Shown here: positions 1 through 9,316 of the stretch, piece by piece
How positions within the stretch are numbered: the first letter of the stretch is position 1
How the letters are laid out: the number at the start of each line of letters is the position of its first letter
Source of the DNA: Holophagae bacterium
Lineage (GTDB): Bacteria > Acidobacteriota > Thermoanaerobaculia > Thermoanaerobaculales > Sulfomarinibacteraceae
Length of the DNA: 53,948 bases
NCBI GenBank assembly: GCA_003105185.1
Contig: PQAJ01000138.1
Coordinates: 1 to 53,948 of the forward strand
Direction: 5' to 3'
Notes under the pieces: generated by a model
Seen by the model: only the letters and a program-made list of their open reading frames with translations
Told to the model about the DNA's origin: nothing
The model's database searches: none
Position numbers and translations under genes: made by a program

Positions 1-455
1 TGCTCGAGCCGCTGCAGCGCCACGTTCCGCGTGGCGTCGGCCCACAGGCCGCCGGCGAGCGCGGTCGCCAGCGAGGGCAACAGGCCCCCGGTCCAGCCGC
101 CGATGACCCAAGCCGCGGCAGCCATCAGCGCGACCCCGCCGGCGCCGGCCGCGTGCGCGGCGTGGGTCTCGATCGGTAGGCAGCTCACCCGCAGCTGCCA
201 ACCCTCGGGTTCCTGCACGAGCTCCAGAGCCACCTGCTCGTCGACCTCCCGGCGGATCAGGCCATAGACCAGGGTCTGCCAGGGCAGGAGCACCTCGCAG
301 CGGCCGGCGGACGTGTCGACCAGGCGGGCGCCCGACCGCCGGACCTCCTCGCTGAGGATCTCGTCGGGCTGGGCAGGAGCTTCCTCCGCGGTGGTCATCC
401 AGCGCAGCACGAGCGGCGCGGACGGAGCGGAGCGGATGATCTCGGGCAGCCACAT
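1..455 (-). CDS. hypothetical protein, N-terminal part only (gene continues past the left edge)
   Basis: Absent from the ORF track because it is open at the window edge. The minus-strand frame from ATG 455..453 reads MWLPEIIRSAPSAPLVLRWMTTAEE...GVALMAAAAWVIGGWTGGLLPSLATALAGGLW with no stops and GC-rich third positions. No family recognised. Confidence 0.4.
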   Translation of the reverse strand, partial: MWLPEIIRSAPSAPLVLRWMTTAEEAPAQPDEILSEEVRRSGARLVDTSAGRCEVLLPWQTLVYGLIRREVDEQVALELVQEPEGWQLRVSCLPIETHAAHAAGAGGVALMAAAAWVIGGWTGGLLPSLATALAGGLWADATRNVALQRLE

Positions 456-782
456 CGATGATCACAATAGCGGAATGTGACCTGCCGGTTCGAGCCCATG
501 AGCTTAACTGCATGCCGGGCAATCTCTTACCTCTTGAGGCATGGCCCTACAACCTGACGCCGAGAATGCGTGACTCCGTGGTTCTACCTGGGACGAGGGT
601 TCCTGCAATGGAGCACCCAGCGGCGAGTGGCGTGCGTGACGCGCCATGACGCCGTATGCCACGATTGCCGTTGCCGGACCCGGAGAAGGGCACGGCGACA
701 AGCAGGAGGGTCGCGGCGTCAACGGCCGGTATACTTCGCCGGCGAGTCGGTGCTCTGCCGAGGGAGAGAGAGGGGAGGGGTC

Positions 783-1187
783 ATGCGATCCGAACTGCGC
801 GTGCCGGCGATCCGGGTGATGATGTTCCCCCGCGACACCAACCCTGCAGGCACCATCTTCGGCGGCGTCATCCTGTCCTACATCGACCAGGCCGGCGCGG
901 AGGAGGCGAAGCTCCACGGCGCCGACACGGTGGTCACGGTGGCGATGAAGGAGGTGGTGTTTCACGAGCCGGTCTACGTCGGCGACCTGATGTCCTTCTA
1001 CACCGAGCTCGTGCGCACCGGCCGGACCTCGGTCACCGTCCGGGTGGACGTCGAGGCGGCGCGCCATCGCGACCGGAGCGAGGTGGTGCGCGTGACCCAG
1101 GCCGAGATCACCTACGTCAACGTCGACGACAGCCGGCGGCCGACGCCGCTGCGCGAGCCCTGTGAAGCGCGCCGGGGGCGCGATTGA
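783..1187 (+). CDS. acyl-CoA thioesterase, hotdog fold (YciA-like)
   Basis: ORF 570..1187 trimmed to ATG 783, which is preceded by GGGGAGGGG. The sequence MMFPRDTNPAGTIFGGVILSYIDQAG...VTVAMKEVVFHEPVYVGD is typical of hotdog thioesterases. Confidence 0.85.
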   Translation: MRSELRVPAIRVMMFPRDTNPAGTIFGGVILSYIDQAGAEEAKLHGADTVVTVAMKEVVFHEPVYVGDLMSFYTELVRTGRTSVTVRVDVEAARHRDRSEVVRVTQAEITYVNVDDSRRPTPLREPCEARRGRD

Positions 1188-2293
1188 CGGCGCGAGCAGC
1201 GGTCGCCGAGCTGCTCGAGCGGGCGGTCCGGGCAGGGCAGACGCCCGGCGCGGTGGCTGCGTGGGGCCCCGGCGGGGACGAGCCGGCGCACGTGGTGGCC
1301 GTGGGGCTCGCGCGAGTGGCGCCGTCTCGAGAGGCGGCGGCTCCGTCGACCTGGTACGACCTTGCGTCGCTCACCAAGCCGCTGGCCACCGGCACGCTCG
1401 CGCTGCTCGCGGCGCGGGAGCGAGCCATCTCGCTCGACGCCACGGTGGGGGAGATCCTCTCCGCTGCCGCGGGTCGCCGGATCGGGAAGGCGTCGATTCG
1501 CCAGCTGCTCGGCCACAGCTCCGGCCTGCCGGCGTGGGCGCCGCTCTACGCGCTGGCGGACGGTCCGCGGGGGGTGGTCGAGGCGGTGCTGGCGCTCGAG
1601 CCCATCGGATGGCCGGACCAGCAGGTCGAGTACAGCTGCCCCGGCTTCATCCTGCTCGGGGCGATCTTGGAGAGGGTCTTCGGGCAGCCGCTCGACGCCG
1701 CCTTCCGCGAGCGCGTCGTCGAGCCCCTCGGGCTCGGCGAGTCGTTGGGGTTCCGTCCTCACCCCACCCGGCGCCCGATGGCGGGTGGCGCCATCGAGCC
1801 GGCGGTCGAGCGGCGCCTGTGCGCCGAGCGCGGCGTCGACCCGTCGGCGATCCCAGCGGTGGCGGCGGGGCTGCCGGATGACGGCAACGCGCGGTTCCTG
1901 GGGGGCGTGGCCGGCAACGCCGGGCTGTTCGGGACCGCGGCCGGAGTGCACCGACTCGCCAGCCAGTATCTGCGTTCTGTCAGTCAACTGTTGCAACGAA
2001 ACGAGATAGCAAGCGCGACCGCGATCGTCGCGGCGGCCGACGGCGGGCAGGTGCGAGGCCTCGGCTGGCAGCTCGCGAGCTCGCCCGGGTGCGCCGCCGG
2101 ACCGTCGCTCGCGGCCACGGCCTTCGGCCACACCGGCTTCACCGGGACCTCGGTGTGGGTCGATCCGCGCCGCCAGGCGGTCTTCGTGCTGCTGGCCAAC
2201 CGGCACCATCCGGGCCACCACGAGGTCGACCTGCACCCGCTGCGCCGCCGCTTTCACGCCCTCGCGGTGTCCGATCGAACCTCTCGCCCATAG
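1184..2293 (+). CDS. serine hydrolase, beta-lactamase/PBP-like family
   Basis: 369 aa with an S-x-x-K active-site motif (ASLTKPLATG) and the overall class C beta-lactamase-like pattern. The TTG start overlaps the upstream stop (TTGA). Confidence 0.85.
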   Translation: MTARAAVAELLERAVRAGQTPGAVAAWGPGGDEPAHVVAVGLARVAPSREAAAPSTWYDLASLTKPLATGTLALLAARERAISLDATVGEILSAAAGRRIGKASIRQLLGHSSGLPAWAPLYALADGPRGVVEAVLALEPIGWPDQQVEYSCPGFILLGAILERVFGQPLDAAFRERVVEPLGLGESLGFRPHPTRRPMAGGAIEPAVERRLCAERGVDPSAIPAVAAGLPDDGNARFLGGVAGNAGLFGTAAGVHRLASQYLRSVSQLLQRNEIASATAIVAAADGGQVRGLGWQLASSPGCAAGPSLAATAFGHTGFTGTSVWVDPRRQAVFVLLANRHHPGHHEVDLHPLRRRFHALAVSDRTSRP

Positions 2294-2319
2294 TCCCTAT
2301 CCCCTGGCAGGGGATGTGG

Positions 2320-4764
2320 TTAGGTTCTGAGCGCCGTCATTCGATTGACCGCGAACAGGGCGCCGAGCACCACCGGCGCCCAGGCGCCGACCAGGGGCGG
2401 GAGGACCTCGGCCTCGCCGAGCTTCGAAAACACGATGACCAGGATCGAGTAGGCGATACCGAGGCCGAGCGCGAGCGCGACTCCTTGCATCGTGGTCACC
2501 CGGCGGCCGCCGCGGTTGAGGGCGAAGGGCATCGCCAGCCACACCATGACAATCGCCGACAGCGGGTAGGACACCTTCTGGTGGAGCCGGACCACGAGGC
2601 GAGCTGGCTGGTAGCCGGACTCCACGAGCTCGCGGATGTACTGCCGCAGCTCACCGAACGACATTTCGGAGGGGCTCGAGTACTCCTGTCCGAAGTAGTC
2701 TGGGCCTTCCGGCACCTGCAGCTTGAGCGGCCGGGTGATCCTGCGGAACTCGTCGGTGCCGTCCGGAAAGAACTGGCGGAACCAGCCGCCGTCGGCGATC
2801 CAGGCGTTGCCGTCCCAACGGGCGCGGTGCGCATACTGATGGAAGCGAAGGCGCATGTCCTCGTCGACGCGATAGATCGTCAGGCGGTAGAGGGTCTGCT
2901 CCTCACCGTCGTAGCGGAGGAAGTTGTAGAACGTGGTGTCGTCGCGCGACAACAGCCACTGCCGGTCAGTGACCCGGTAGGAGCGGGCGCCGGTGGCCTT
3001 GCCCTGGATGACGTCGAGCAGCTGCTCCCTGGTGCGGTTCGCGCCAGGGACCACGTGCTCGGCGAGCAGCCACATCACCACCCCGCCGGCAACCGCCACC
3101 AGCAGCGCCGGGACCATCAGCCGGTAGAGTGAGATGCCGGCCCCCTTGAGCGCAGTCAGCTCCTGCTGGCGCTCGAGCGCGGTCAGCAGGATCAACACCG
3201 CGATCAACATTCCGAACGGGAGCACGTCGATGACCACCTGCGGCATCAGGTTCCAGTAGTAGGCGAGGATGACCATGACCGGCGCCTGGTTCTTGGCCAT
3301 GTCGCCGGCGTGCTCGGTGAGGTCGACCACGATGTAGAGGGCGATCGTGCTCAGCAGCACCAGCAGCAGGGGAGCGATGAGCCGCCGGATGAGGTAGCGA
3401 TCGAGGAGCACCGGGAAGCGGGGCTCGACGTGCTGCCGAGCCACCTCGATCGCATCCGGCTCCGGTGGCCGCTGTGCCCCGGGCGGGAGGGAGGCCGCCC
3501 GCCACCGCCTCTGCCACCGCCGCCACCGTCGCCGCAGCCGGCGCAGGACGCTCTCGCGTGGCGCGCGCTCGCCCAGCCAGCGCCCCATCCGCGCCATCAG
3601 TACGAACGACAGCACGGCCAGGGCGAGGTTGGGCAGCCACATGCCGAGCCACACCGGGACCCGCCCCTCGAGGGCCAGCATCTCGCCGTTGTTGCCGACA
3701 ATCCAGTAGACGAGGACCACTGCCACCGAGATCACGAAGCCGCGGCCGCGGCCGCCTGACCGCGAGCCGATGCCGAGGGGCAGGGCGAGCAGGGCGAAGA
3801 CGACGCACGCCGCCGGCACCGCGAACCGGCGGTGGAGCTCGACGGCGGCCTGGCGCACCTGTGTCTCGCGCTCGCTCGGGTCGGCGCCTTCCTCGGCGAA
3901 TGCCTGCTCGCCGCCGCGGACCAGCCCGACCAGCTCGTGCGTTTCCAGCTCCCGCACGGCCCGGTCGTAGCGCACCGATCCCAAACCCTGCACCTGCGGC
4001 CGGAACTTGAGCTCCCGGTTGTTGTTGACGCGATAGGTCTCGGGGGATGCGCGCGGGAACTGGTGGGTGACCGCGTCCTCGAGCTCGATCCACGGCTGGC
4101 GGCGCACCGCCGCAGCGGCTGCGGTGCTGGTCAGGTCCTCTCGTACTCCGGAATCAGGAGCCATCGACACGACCCGGCCCCGGCGGGCGAGGGTCAACCG
4201 CTCCTCGCCGGGACTGGTGTTGTCGAAGACCAGCACCTGCTCCCAGTCGCCGTTGGCCTGGTCGACCTGGCGCACGAACAGCAGGATGTTCGGGAACTCC
4301 TCGTAGAAGACCCCGGGCTGGATCCTGCCCAGGTTGCGGGCCGCGGAGAACAGCCGGACGCGCAGGTCTTTGAGCGACCGATTGGCGCGCGGGATCTCGA
4401 CCGTCGACAAGAAGCCGGTCAGAATCGCCAGCGCCACGCCGACGGTCACGATCGGCCGCACCAGGCGCCGCGCCGAGATGCCGGCGGCCTGCAGAGCCAC
4501 GATCTCGCGGTCCGCGCTCAGCCGCCCGACCGCCAGCAGCACCCCGAACAGATAGCCCATCGGGATGGTCAGCACCACGACGTGTGGCAGCGTCACCAGC
4601 AGGACCGCCACCGCATCGCGCACGGGCAGTCCGCGCACGAAGATCTGCTCGATCAGCCCGAAGAGGCCCCGCATCATCAGCAGGAAGGTGTAGGTGACGA
4701 AACCCAGCGCCGCCGGCGACAGGACCTCGCGCACCATCATGCGGTCCAGCTTCACGCCCGCCAT
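2320..4764 (-). CDS. fused LptF-LptG LPS export permease (two YjgP/YjgQ modules in one ORF)
   Basis: The first module begins KLDRMMVREVLSPAALGFVTYTFLLMM. The second begins LLDRYLIRRLIAPLLLVLLSTIALYIV, after an Arg/Trp-rich linker RRLRRRWRRWQRRWR. There is no stop between them. Start set at ATG 4764; GTG 4755, 9 nt after GGGAGG, is equally possible. The 63 codons upstream to 4953 lack LptF similarity. Confidence 0.8.
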   Translation of the reverse strand: MAGVKLDRMMVREVLSPAALGFVTYTFLLMMRGLFGLIEQIFVRGLPVRDAVAVLLVTLPHVVVLTIPMGYLFGVLLAVGRLSADREIVALQAAGISARRLVRPIVTVGVALAILTGFLSTVEIPRANRSLKDLRVRLFSAARNLGRIQPGVFYEEFPNILLFVRQVDQANGDWEQVLVFDNTSPGEERLTLARRGRVVSMAPDSGVREDLTSTAAAAAVRRQPWIELEDAVTHQFPRASPETYRVNNNRELKFRPQVQGLGSVRYDRAVRELETHELVGLVRGGEQAFAEEGADPSERETQVRQAAVELHRRFAVPAACVVFALLALPLGIGSRSGGRGRGFVISVAVVLVYWIVGNNGEMLALEGRVPVWLGMWLPNLALAVLSFVLMARMGRWLGERAPRESVLRRLRRRWRRWQRRWRAASLPPGAQRPPEPDAIEVARQHVEPRFPVLLDRYLIRRLIAPLLLVLLSTIALYIVVDLTEHAGDMAKNQAPVMVILAYYWNLMPQVVIDVLPFGMLIAVLILLTALERQQELTALKGAGISLYRLMVPALLVAVAGGVVMWLLAEHVVPGANRTREQLLDVIQGKATGARSYRVTDRQWLLSRDDTTFYNFLRYDGEEQTLYRLTIYRVDEDMRLRFHQYAHRARWDGNAWIADGGWFRQFFPDGTDEFRRITRPLKLQVPEGPDYFGQEYSSPSEMSFGELRQYIRELVESGYQPARLVVRLHQKVSYPLSAIVMVWLAMPFALNRGGRRVTTMQGVALALGLGIAYSILVIVFSKLGEAEVLPPLVGAWAPVVLGALFAVNRMTALRT

Positions 4765-5025
4765 CCTCCCACGGGCCGGCAACCTCCGCGGCGAAGGATG
4801 ATCCGGCGACGACGACGCTCGGCGACGTCCGCAGCAGTGTAGCGCGACTTCGGCCGACTGCGAGTCGAACCAGCACTTCCACCGCCGAGGGGAGCGAGCC
4901 CACAGGATTTCCACAGGGCCTGGGTTTTCCGCAGGCTCTGAGTACATATGCAATGTCCGATAAGATATATTATGTAAACCTACGATTGTGGAACGTGACC
5001 CCGCGAGCCGTATTGAGGACCCGGC

Positions 5026-5928
5026 TCAGGCGTCGATCTCGGTCTCGGGGCCGCTGCGGAGCTCGTCGAGGATGGTTTCGAGGGCGCGGATGACCTCTGC
5101 CCTCTTCGGCTGCTCGATGGTCCTGAAGGAGAGCGACAGGCTGACGACGCGGTCCGGGCTGCGGAATCGAACCGTGTAAGGTCGCGGCCTGGCGGCTGGC
5201 GGCGGTGCCTCCGGCTCGTCGGCGGTGTGGTCGCTTGGGTGTGCGAGCTGACGGCGGCGGTCGCGGATGGCGTCCCGGTCGAGCTGGTGGGCTTCGATCT
5301 CCTCGATCAGGCGGAGCATCGCCGGGATCGTCCGTGCCTTGGCGATCTCGAGCAGGATGCCCTTGGCCGAGATGTCGGCATGCCGACATGCCTCGCGCAC
5401 GGCCTCGGGGAGTTCGAGGAGTCTGAGGGTCTCGGTGACGGTCACCCGCGAGCGTCCGACCGTGGCGGCGACCTTGTCATGGGTGTAGTTGTACTTGGTG
5501 ACGAGGGTGTGGAAGCCCTCGGCTTCCTCGAATGCGCTGAGATCTTGTCGCTGGAGGTTCTCGACGAGGGCAATCTCGAGCGCCTGCTCGTCGCTGACGG
5601 CAACCTCGATACACGGCACCTCGGACAGGCCTGCCTGCATGGCGGCGTGGAACCGGCGCTCACCCGCAACGAGCTGGTAGAGACCGTCGGCGCGGCGCCG
5701 CACGAGCAGGGGCTCGAGGACGCCATGCCTCTGGATGCTCGCCATCAGCTCGGAGAGGTCGCCCAGGGTCGATCGCGGCTGGTCCGGGTTGGCCGTGATG
5801 GCCGTGATCCGGAACATGCGGCCAATGCCCTCCCCCATCCGCTGCGCCAGCTCGTCTACGAAGTGGCGATCATGGCGCATGCGCTTCTTGGGGGGCAGGC
5901 CGACGCCCGGCTTACTCGGATCCGACAC
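5026..5928 (-). CDS. parB: chromosome partitioning protein ParB/Spo0J
   Basis: ParB-box motifs (GVLEPLLVRR, LVAGERRFHAA, ALVENLQRQDLSAFEEAEGF), and the gene lies directly downstream of parA. Confidence 0.9.
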   Translation of the reverse strand: MSDPSKPGVGLPPKKRMRHDRHFVDELAQRMGEGIGRMFRITAITANPDQPRSTLGDLSELMASIQRHGVLEPLLVRRRADGLYQLVAGERRFHAAMQAGLSEVPCIEVAVSDEQALEIALVENLQRQDLSAFEEAEGFHTLVTKYNYTHDKVAATVGRSRVTVTETLRLLELPEAVREACRHADISAKGILLEIAKARTIPAMLRLIEEIEAHQLDRDAIRDRRRQLAHPSDHTADEPEAPPPAARPRPYTVRFRSPDRVVSLSLSFRTIEQPKRAEVIRALETILDELRSGPETEIDA

Positions 5929-6673
5929 GCTGCAGAACCTCCTCGCAGAGCCGGTAGTACTCGTAGGCGCCGCTCGAACGGGGCGCGTGCTCGAAAATGC
6001 TGAGCTGGTGGGCCGGAGCTTCCTCGAGGCGCACCGACTTGGTGATCACCGTCTTGAAGACGAGGCGTCCGAACACGGCCTTGATCTCTTTGAGCACCTG
6101 CCGCGACAGGATGGTGCGGCGATCGAACATGGTCACCAGGACGCCGAGCAGCTGCAGCTCGGTGTTGGGCCTCGCCTTGATCTTGTCGATGGTCTCCAGG
6201 AGGTCGTCGGTGCCCTCGAGCGCGAAGTAGGACGACTGGATCGGGATCAGGACATGGGTGGCGGCGACCAGCGCGTTGACCGTGGTCAGGCCGAGAGTCG
6301 GCGGTGTGTCGATGATGATGGCGTCAAAGCCGGCCTCGAGGCGGTCGAAGGCGTCCTTCAGCCGGTACGGGGCGTCGAGCTCGCCGACCATGGACACCTC
6401 GAGCTTTGCCATGGCGATGCGCGACGGCGCCACCCACAGATGCTTGTGGCTGGTGGGAACGATCACGTCGGCGAGCTGGAGGCCGCCGCGGAGCACGTCG
6501 AACATGTTGCCGTCGAGCTGGTCGAGGTCGACGAAGGACATCGTCGAGTTGGCCTGCGGGTCGAGGTCGACGAGCAGAGTGTCGAGCCCCTTGTGGGCGA
6601 ACCCAGCGGCGAGACTGATGGCGGTGGTGGTCTTGCCAACCCCGCCCTTCTGGTTGGTGATCGCAACGATCAT
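5912..6673 (-). CDS. parA: chromosome partitioning ATPase ParA/Soj
   Basis: Deviant Walker A motif MIVAITNQKGGVGKTTTAISLAAG. 253 aa, overlapping parB by 17 nt. Confidence 0.95.
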   Translation of the reverse strand: MIVAITNQKGGVGKTTTAISLAAGFAHKGLDTLLVDLDPQANSTMSFVDLDQLDGNMFDVLRGGLQLADVIVPTSHKHLWVAPSRIAMAKLEVSMVGELDAPYRLKDAFDRLEAGFDAIIIDTPPTLGLTTVNALVAATHVLIPIQSSYFALEGTDDLLETIDKIKARPNTELQLLGVLVTMFDRRTILSRQVLKEIKAVFGRLVFKTVITKSVRLEEAPAHQLSIFEHAPRSSGAYEYYRLCEEVLQRVGSE

Positions 6674-6702
6674 GTGACGCCTTGCTGCCTCCGGCGTCGA
6701 CC

Positions 6703-6732
6703 ATTATGGGGGGAGGTGCGAAACGGTGTCAA
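6703..6732 (-). promoter_or_regulatory. sigma-70-type promoter upstream of parA (TTGACA-N18-CATAAT)
   Basis: On the minus strand, TTGACA (6732..6727) is followed by an 18-nt spacer and CATAAT (6708..6703). It lies in the 70-nt gap between the nuclease-family gene and parA. Confidence 0.45.
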
Positions 6733-6742
6733 TTTTGTCCGG

Positions 6743-7243
6743 CTACATCTCGTACTCGCCGAGGTCCTCCGGACGGAGGCGTTCGAGGATCGAGCGGATG
6801 GCCTCGTCTTGGCTGGGCTCGGAAACGACGGCCTTGGTCAGGACGTCGGGATCGACCAGGATCACGGAGTTGGTCCGCAGCGCGAGGGCGAGCGCGTCCG
6901 ACGGGCGGGAGTCCACCTCCCGGGCCTCGCCTGTACCGTTGACGAGGTGGATCGAGGCCAGGAACACGCTGTCGGACAGCGTGTGGATCAGCACGTGATC
7001 GACGGTGAACCCGGTGGCGGTGAGCAGCTCCCGGATCAGGTCGTGCGTCATCGGTCGCGGCGTCGGCACGCCTTCGAGGACGAGGGAGATGGCGTTGGCC
7101 TCGCAGACGCCGATCCAGATCGGCAGGAGCCTGGTCTGGTCGTCGTCCTGCAGGATCACCACCGGCATGTTGGAGACCGGGTCCATGACCAGGGCCCGGA
7201 CCGTCATCCGGACCGGCGGGCGGTGTTCGGCGGCCTTGCGCAT
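6743..7243 (-). CDS. bifunctional nuclease family protein (BFN/DUF151)
   Basis: MTVRALVMDPVSNMPVVILQDDDQTRLLPIWIGVCEANAISLVLEGVPTPRPMTHDLI is the typical BFN N-terminus. Start trimmed to 7243 (or 7207) to avoid overlap with the miaB 3' end. Confidence 0.75.
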   Translation of the reverse strand: MRKAAEHRPPVRMTVRALVMDPVSNMPVVILQDDDQTRLLPIWIGVCEANAISLVLEGVPTPRPMTHDLIRELLTATGFTVDHVLIHTLSDSVFLASIHLVNGTGEAREVDSRPSDALALALRTNSVILVDPDVLTKAVVSEPSQDEAIRSILERLRPEDLGEYEM

Positions 7244-7274
7244 GCCTTCAATGTGTCGACCGGAGGCCGGCTTG

Positions 7275-8618
7275 TCAAGCCGGGGGCAGCACCGGCAGCC
7301 GCGGCGGCGCGCTGGTTTCAACCTCGCCGATCAGCGAGTGGGCCGCGGCGCGCACGATCCGCACCTCGACCACGTCGCCGATGCCCGCACCCCCGTTGCC
7401 GGGGAAATTGACGACCCGGTTGTCCTCTCCCCTGCCCTGCCAGACGTTCGGATCGCGGCGGCTCCCGCCGTCGATCAGGACCCTGGACAGCGTTCCCACC
7501 AGTGACCGGTTGAGCTCGAGGGTGATCCGGTCGGTGAGCTCGAACAGCCGCTGCAGCCGCTCTTTGCGGACCGCCTCCGGCACCTGGTCAGGATAACGAG
7601 CGGCCGGGGTGCCTGGCCGCGGCGAAAATGCGAACCCGAAGACCTGGCCGAAACGGACCCGCTCGATCAAGTCCAGGGTCGCGACGAAATCCTCGTCGGT
7701 CTCGCCGGGGAAGCCGACGATGACGTCGGTCGAGAGGTTGATGTCGGGGACTGCGCTGCGGATGCGCGACACCAGGGCGAGGAACTCCTCACGGGTGTAT
7801 CGGCGATGCATCCGGCGCAGGACGCAATTCGATCCGGCCTGGACCGGCAGGTGAAGGTAGCGCGACACGGCCGGACGGCGCGCCAGCACCTCGATCAGGC
7901 GGTCGTCGAAGTGGCGGGGGTGGGAGGTGACGTAGCGAATCCGATCGAGCCCCGCCACCTCCGCAACCGCGTCCAGCAGCGCGGCGAAGTCGGCCCCGGT
8001 TGTCGGACAGCGGTAGGAGTTGATGGTCTGACCGAGCAGCTCGACCTCGCGCATGCCGCCAGCCACCAGCCCGTTCACCTCGTCGAGGACCTCGCCCATC
8101 GGGCGGCTGCGCTCGCGCCCGCGGGTGTAGGGCACGATGCAGAAGGTGCAGAACTCGTCACAGCCCTCGATCACGGTGATCATGCCGCGGGTCGGGCTGC
8201 GGCGCGAAACCTCACGCCGGTCGCTTCCGGAGTCCGCGTCGAATCCGACCAGGAGCGCACGATCGCCGCGAGCGACCGCGCGCAGCGCCTCGCCGAGGCG
8301 GCCGATCTGGCCGGGACCGAGAACGAAGCGGACCAGCGGGGACCGGTCGAGCAGCGCCTGTCCTTCCTGCTCGGCCACGCATCCGCAGACACCGACCATG
8401 GGCGGCGGCGTGCACCGGGCCAACTCGCCGATCCGGCTCGCGATCTTGCGCACCGGGCGGTCGCGGACCGAGCAGGTGTTGAGGAGGACGAGGTCGGCGC
8501 GATCGGCGTCGCGCGCCGGCTCGAGACCATGTCGGAGCAGCTGCCCTTCCAGCCGCTCGCTGTCATGATGGTTCATCTGACAGCCCCAGGTCTCGATGAA
8601 ATAAGATCTCATTCTCAC
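7275..8618 (-). CDS. miaB: tRNA-2-methylthio-N6-dimethylallyladenosine synthase MiaB
   Basis: N-terminal ETWGCQMNHHDSE, radical-SAM motif CDEFCTFCIVP and a C-terminal TRAM-like region. 447 aa. Confidence 0.9.
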   Translation of the reverse strand: MRMRSYFIETWGCQMNHHDSERLEGQLLRHGLEPARDADRADLVLLNTCSVRDRPVRKIASRIGELARCTPPPMVGVCGCVAEQEGQALLDRSPLVRFVLGPGQIGRLGEALRAVARGDRALLVGFDADSGSDRREVSRRSPTRGMITVIEGCDEFCTFCIVPYTRGRERSRPMGEVLDEVNGLVAGGMREVELLGQTINSYRCPTTGADFAALLDAVAEVAGLDRIRYVTSHPRHFDDRLIEVLARRPAVSRYLHLPVQAGSNCVLRRMHRRYTREEFLALVSRIRSAVPDINLSTDVIVGFPGETDEDFVATLDLIERVRFGQVFGFAFSPRPGTPAARYPDQVPEAVRKERLQRLFELTDRITLELNRSLVGTLSRVLIDGGSRRDPNVWQGRGEDNRVVNFPGNGGAGIGDVVEVRIVRAAAHSLIGEVETSAPPRLPVLPPA

Positions 8619-8665
8619 TTCGACTCACCGCTCGATTCCTTCCCGGAAACTCGCGTGCGTCGCCG

Positions 8666-9316
8666 CTAGTTCCCGGGGGTGGCGATCGGCGTCGGCACGT
8701 CGAGCCCACGGAACCACCCAGGCTCCGCGCCGGCCTTGCGCGCCTCGACCCGGATCTTCGTGAGCTGCTCCTGCTCGACCCCGATCTGCTGTTTGAGACG
8801 CTCCGACCTCGCGAGCGCGGCATCGAGCTGGACCTTGATGACGCCATCGCGGTACGCGGGGTCGTCCCAGGCGTAGAAGTCGCGCCACAGGCCCGGGATT
8901 TCGCGATCCAGGATCGCAATCTGGTCCTCGATCGAGGCGATGAGCTCGAGCTGCTGCTGGTAGCGACGACGCCAGTACTGCCGCTTCTCGTCCGCGGCCA
9001 GGCTGTCCGCGTCCGCGGCCGCATCCTCGATCCGGGTGTTGGCGTCGCCCCCCGTGCGATGAACCGGCCGGCGCCCGGCAGCCTTCGACGCGGCGGTGTT
9101 GCCATCCGCGGTGGTGAGGTGCCCCTGGGCCGCGTAATCGGCCAGGTTGTCGTCGGTGATCACGATCGGAGTCCGGGTTGCCGCCGGGGTCGGTGTCGGT
9201 GACGGCTCGGACGCAGCGGCAGTGCCGGCCGCCAGCGCCAACCCGAGCGCCAGCTGGAGCCGGAGAATCATCGTCTGCACGTAGTGCCGGTCCATGGCTG
9301 CCCCCCTGTCCATCAT
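8666..9316 (-). CDS. hypothetical secreted protein with coiled-coil C-terminal half
   Basis: Signal-peptide-like ILRLQLALGLALAAGTAAA, then a Pro/Thr linker and a heptad-like charged region (QYWRRRYQQQLELIASIEDQIAILD). No family recognised. Confidence 0.5.
   Translation of the reverse strand: MMDRGAAMDRHYVQTMILRLQLALGLALAAGTAAASEPSPTPTPAATRTPIVITDDNLADYAAQGHLTTADGNTAASKAAGRRPVHRTGGDANTRIEDAAADADSLAADEKRQYWRRRYQQQLELIASIEDQIAILDREIPGLWRDFYAWDDPAYRDGVIKVQLDAALARSERLKQQIGVEQEQLTKIRVEARKAGAEPGWFRGLDVPTPIATPGN

Noticed and set aside
487-497. GGTTCGAGCCC, a tRNA T-loop-like string in the 328-nt gap between the first two genes.
   Set aside because: The flanking bases do not form a T-stem (GCCGG versus CCATG). 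No acceptor, D or anticodon arms can be drawn on either strand. It is probably chance or at most a tRNA fragment. I recognised no riboswitch or other RNA family in this gap.
4987-5000. Possible parS site (TGTGGAACGTGACC) just downstream of parB, and a TGTTTCACG half-site inside the thioesterase gene (about 957-965).
   Set aside because: Each matches only about 10 of 16 positions of TGTTNCACGTGAAACA, and neither is palindromic. No full parS was seen in the window.
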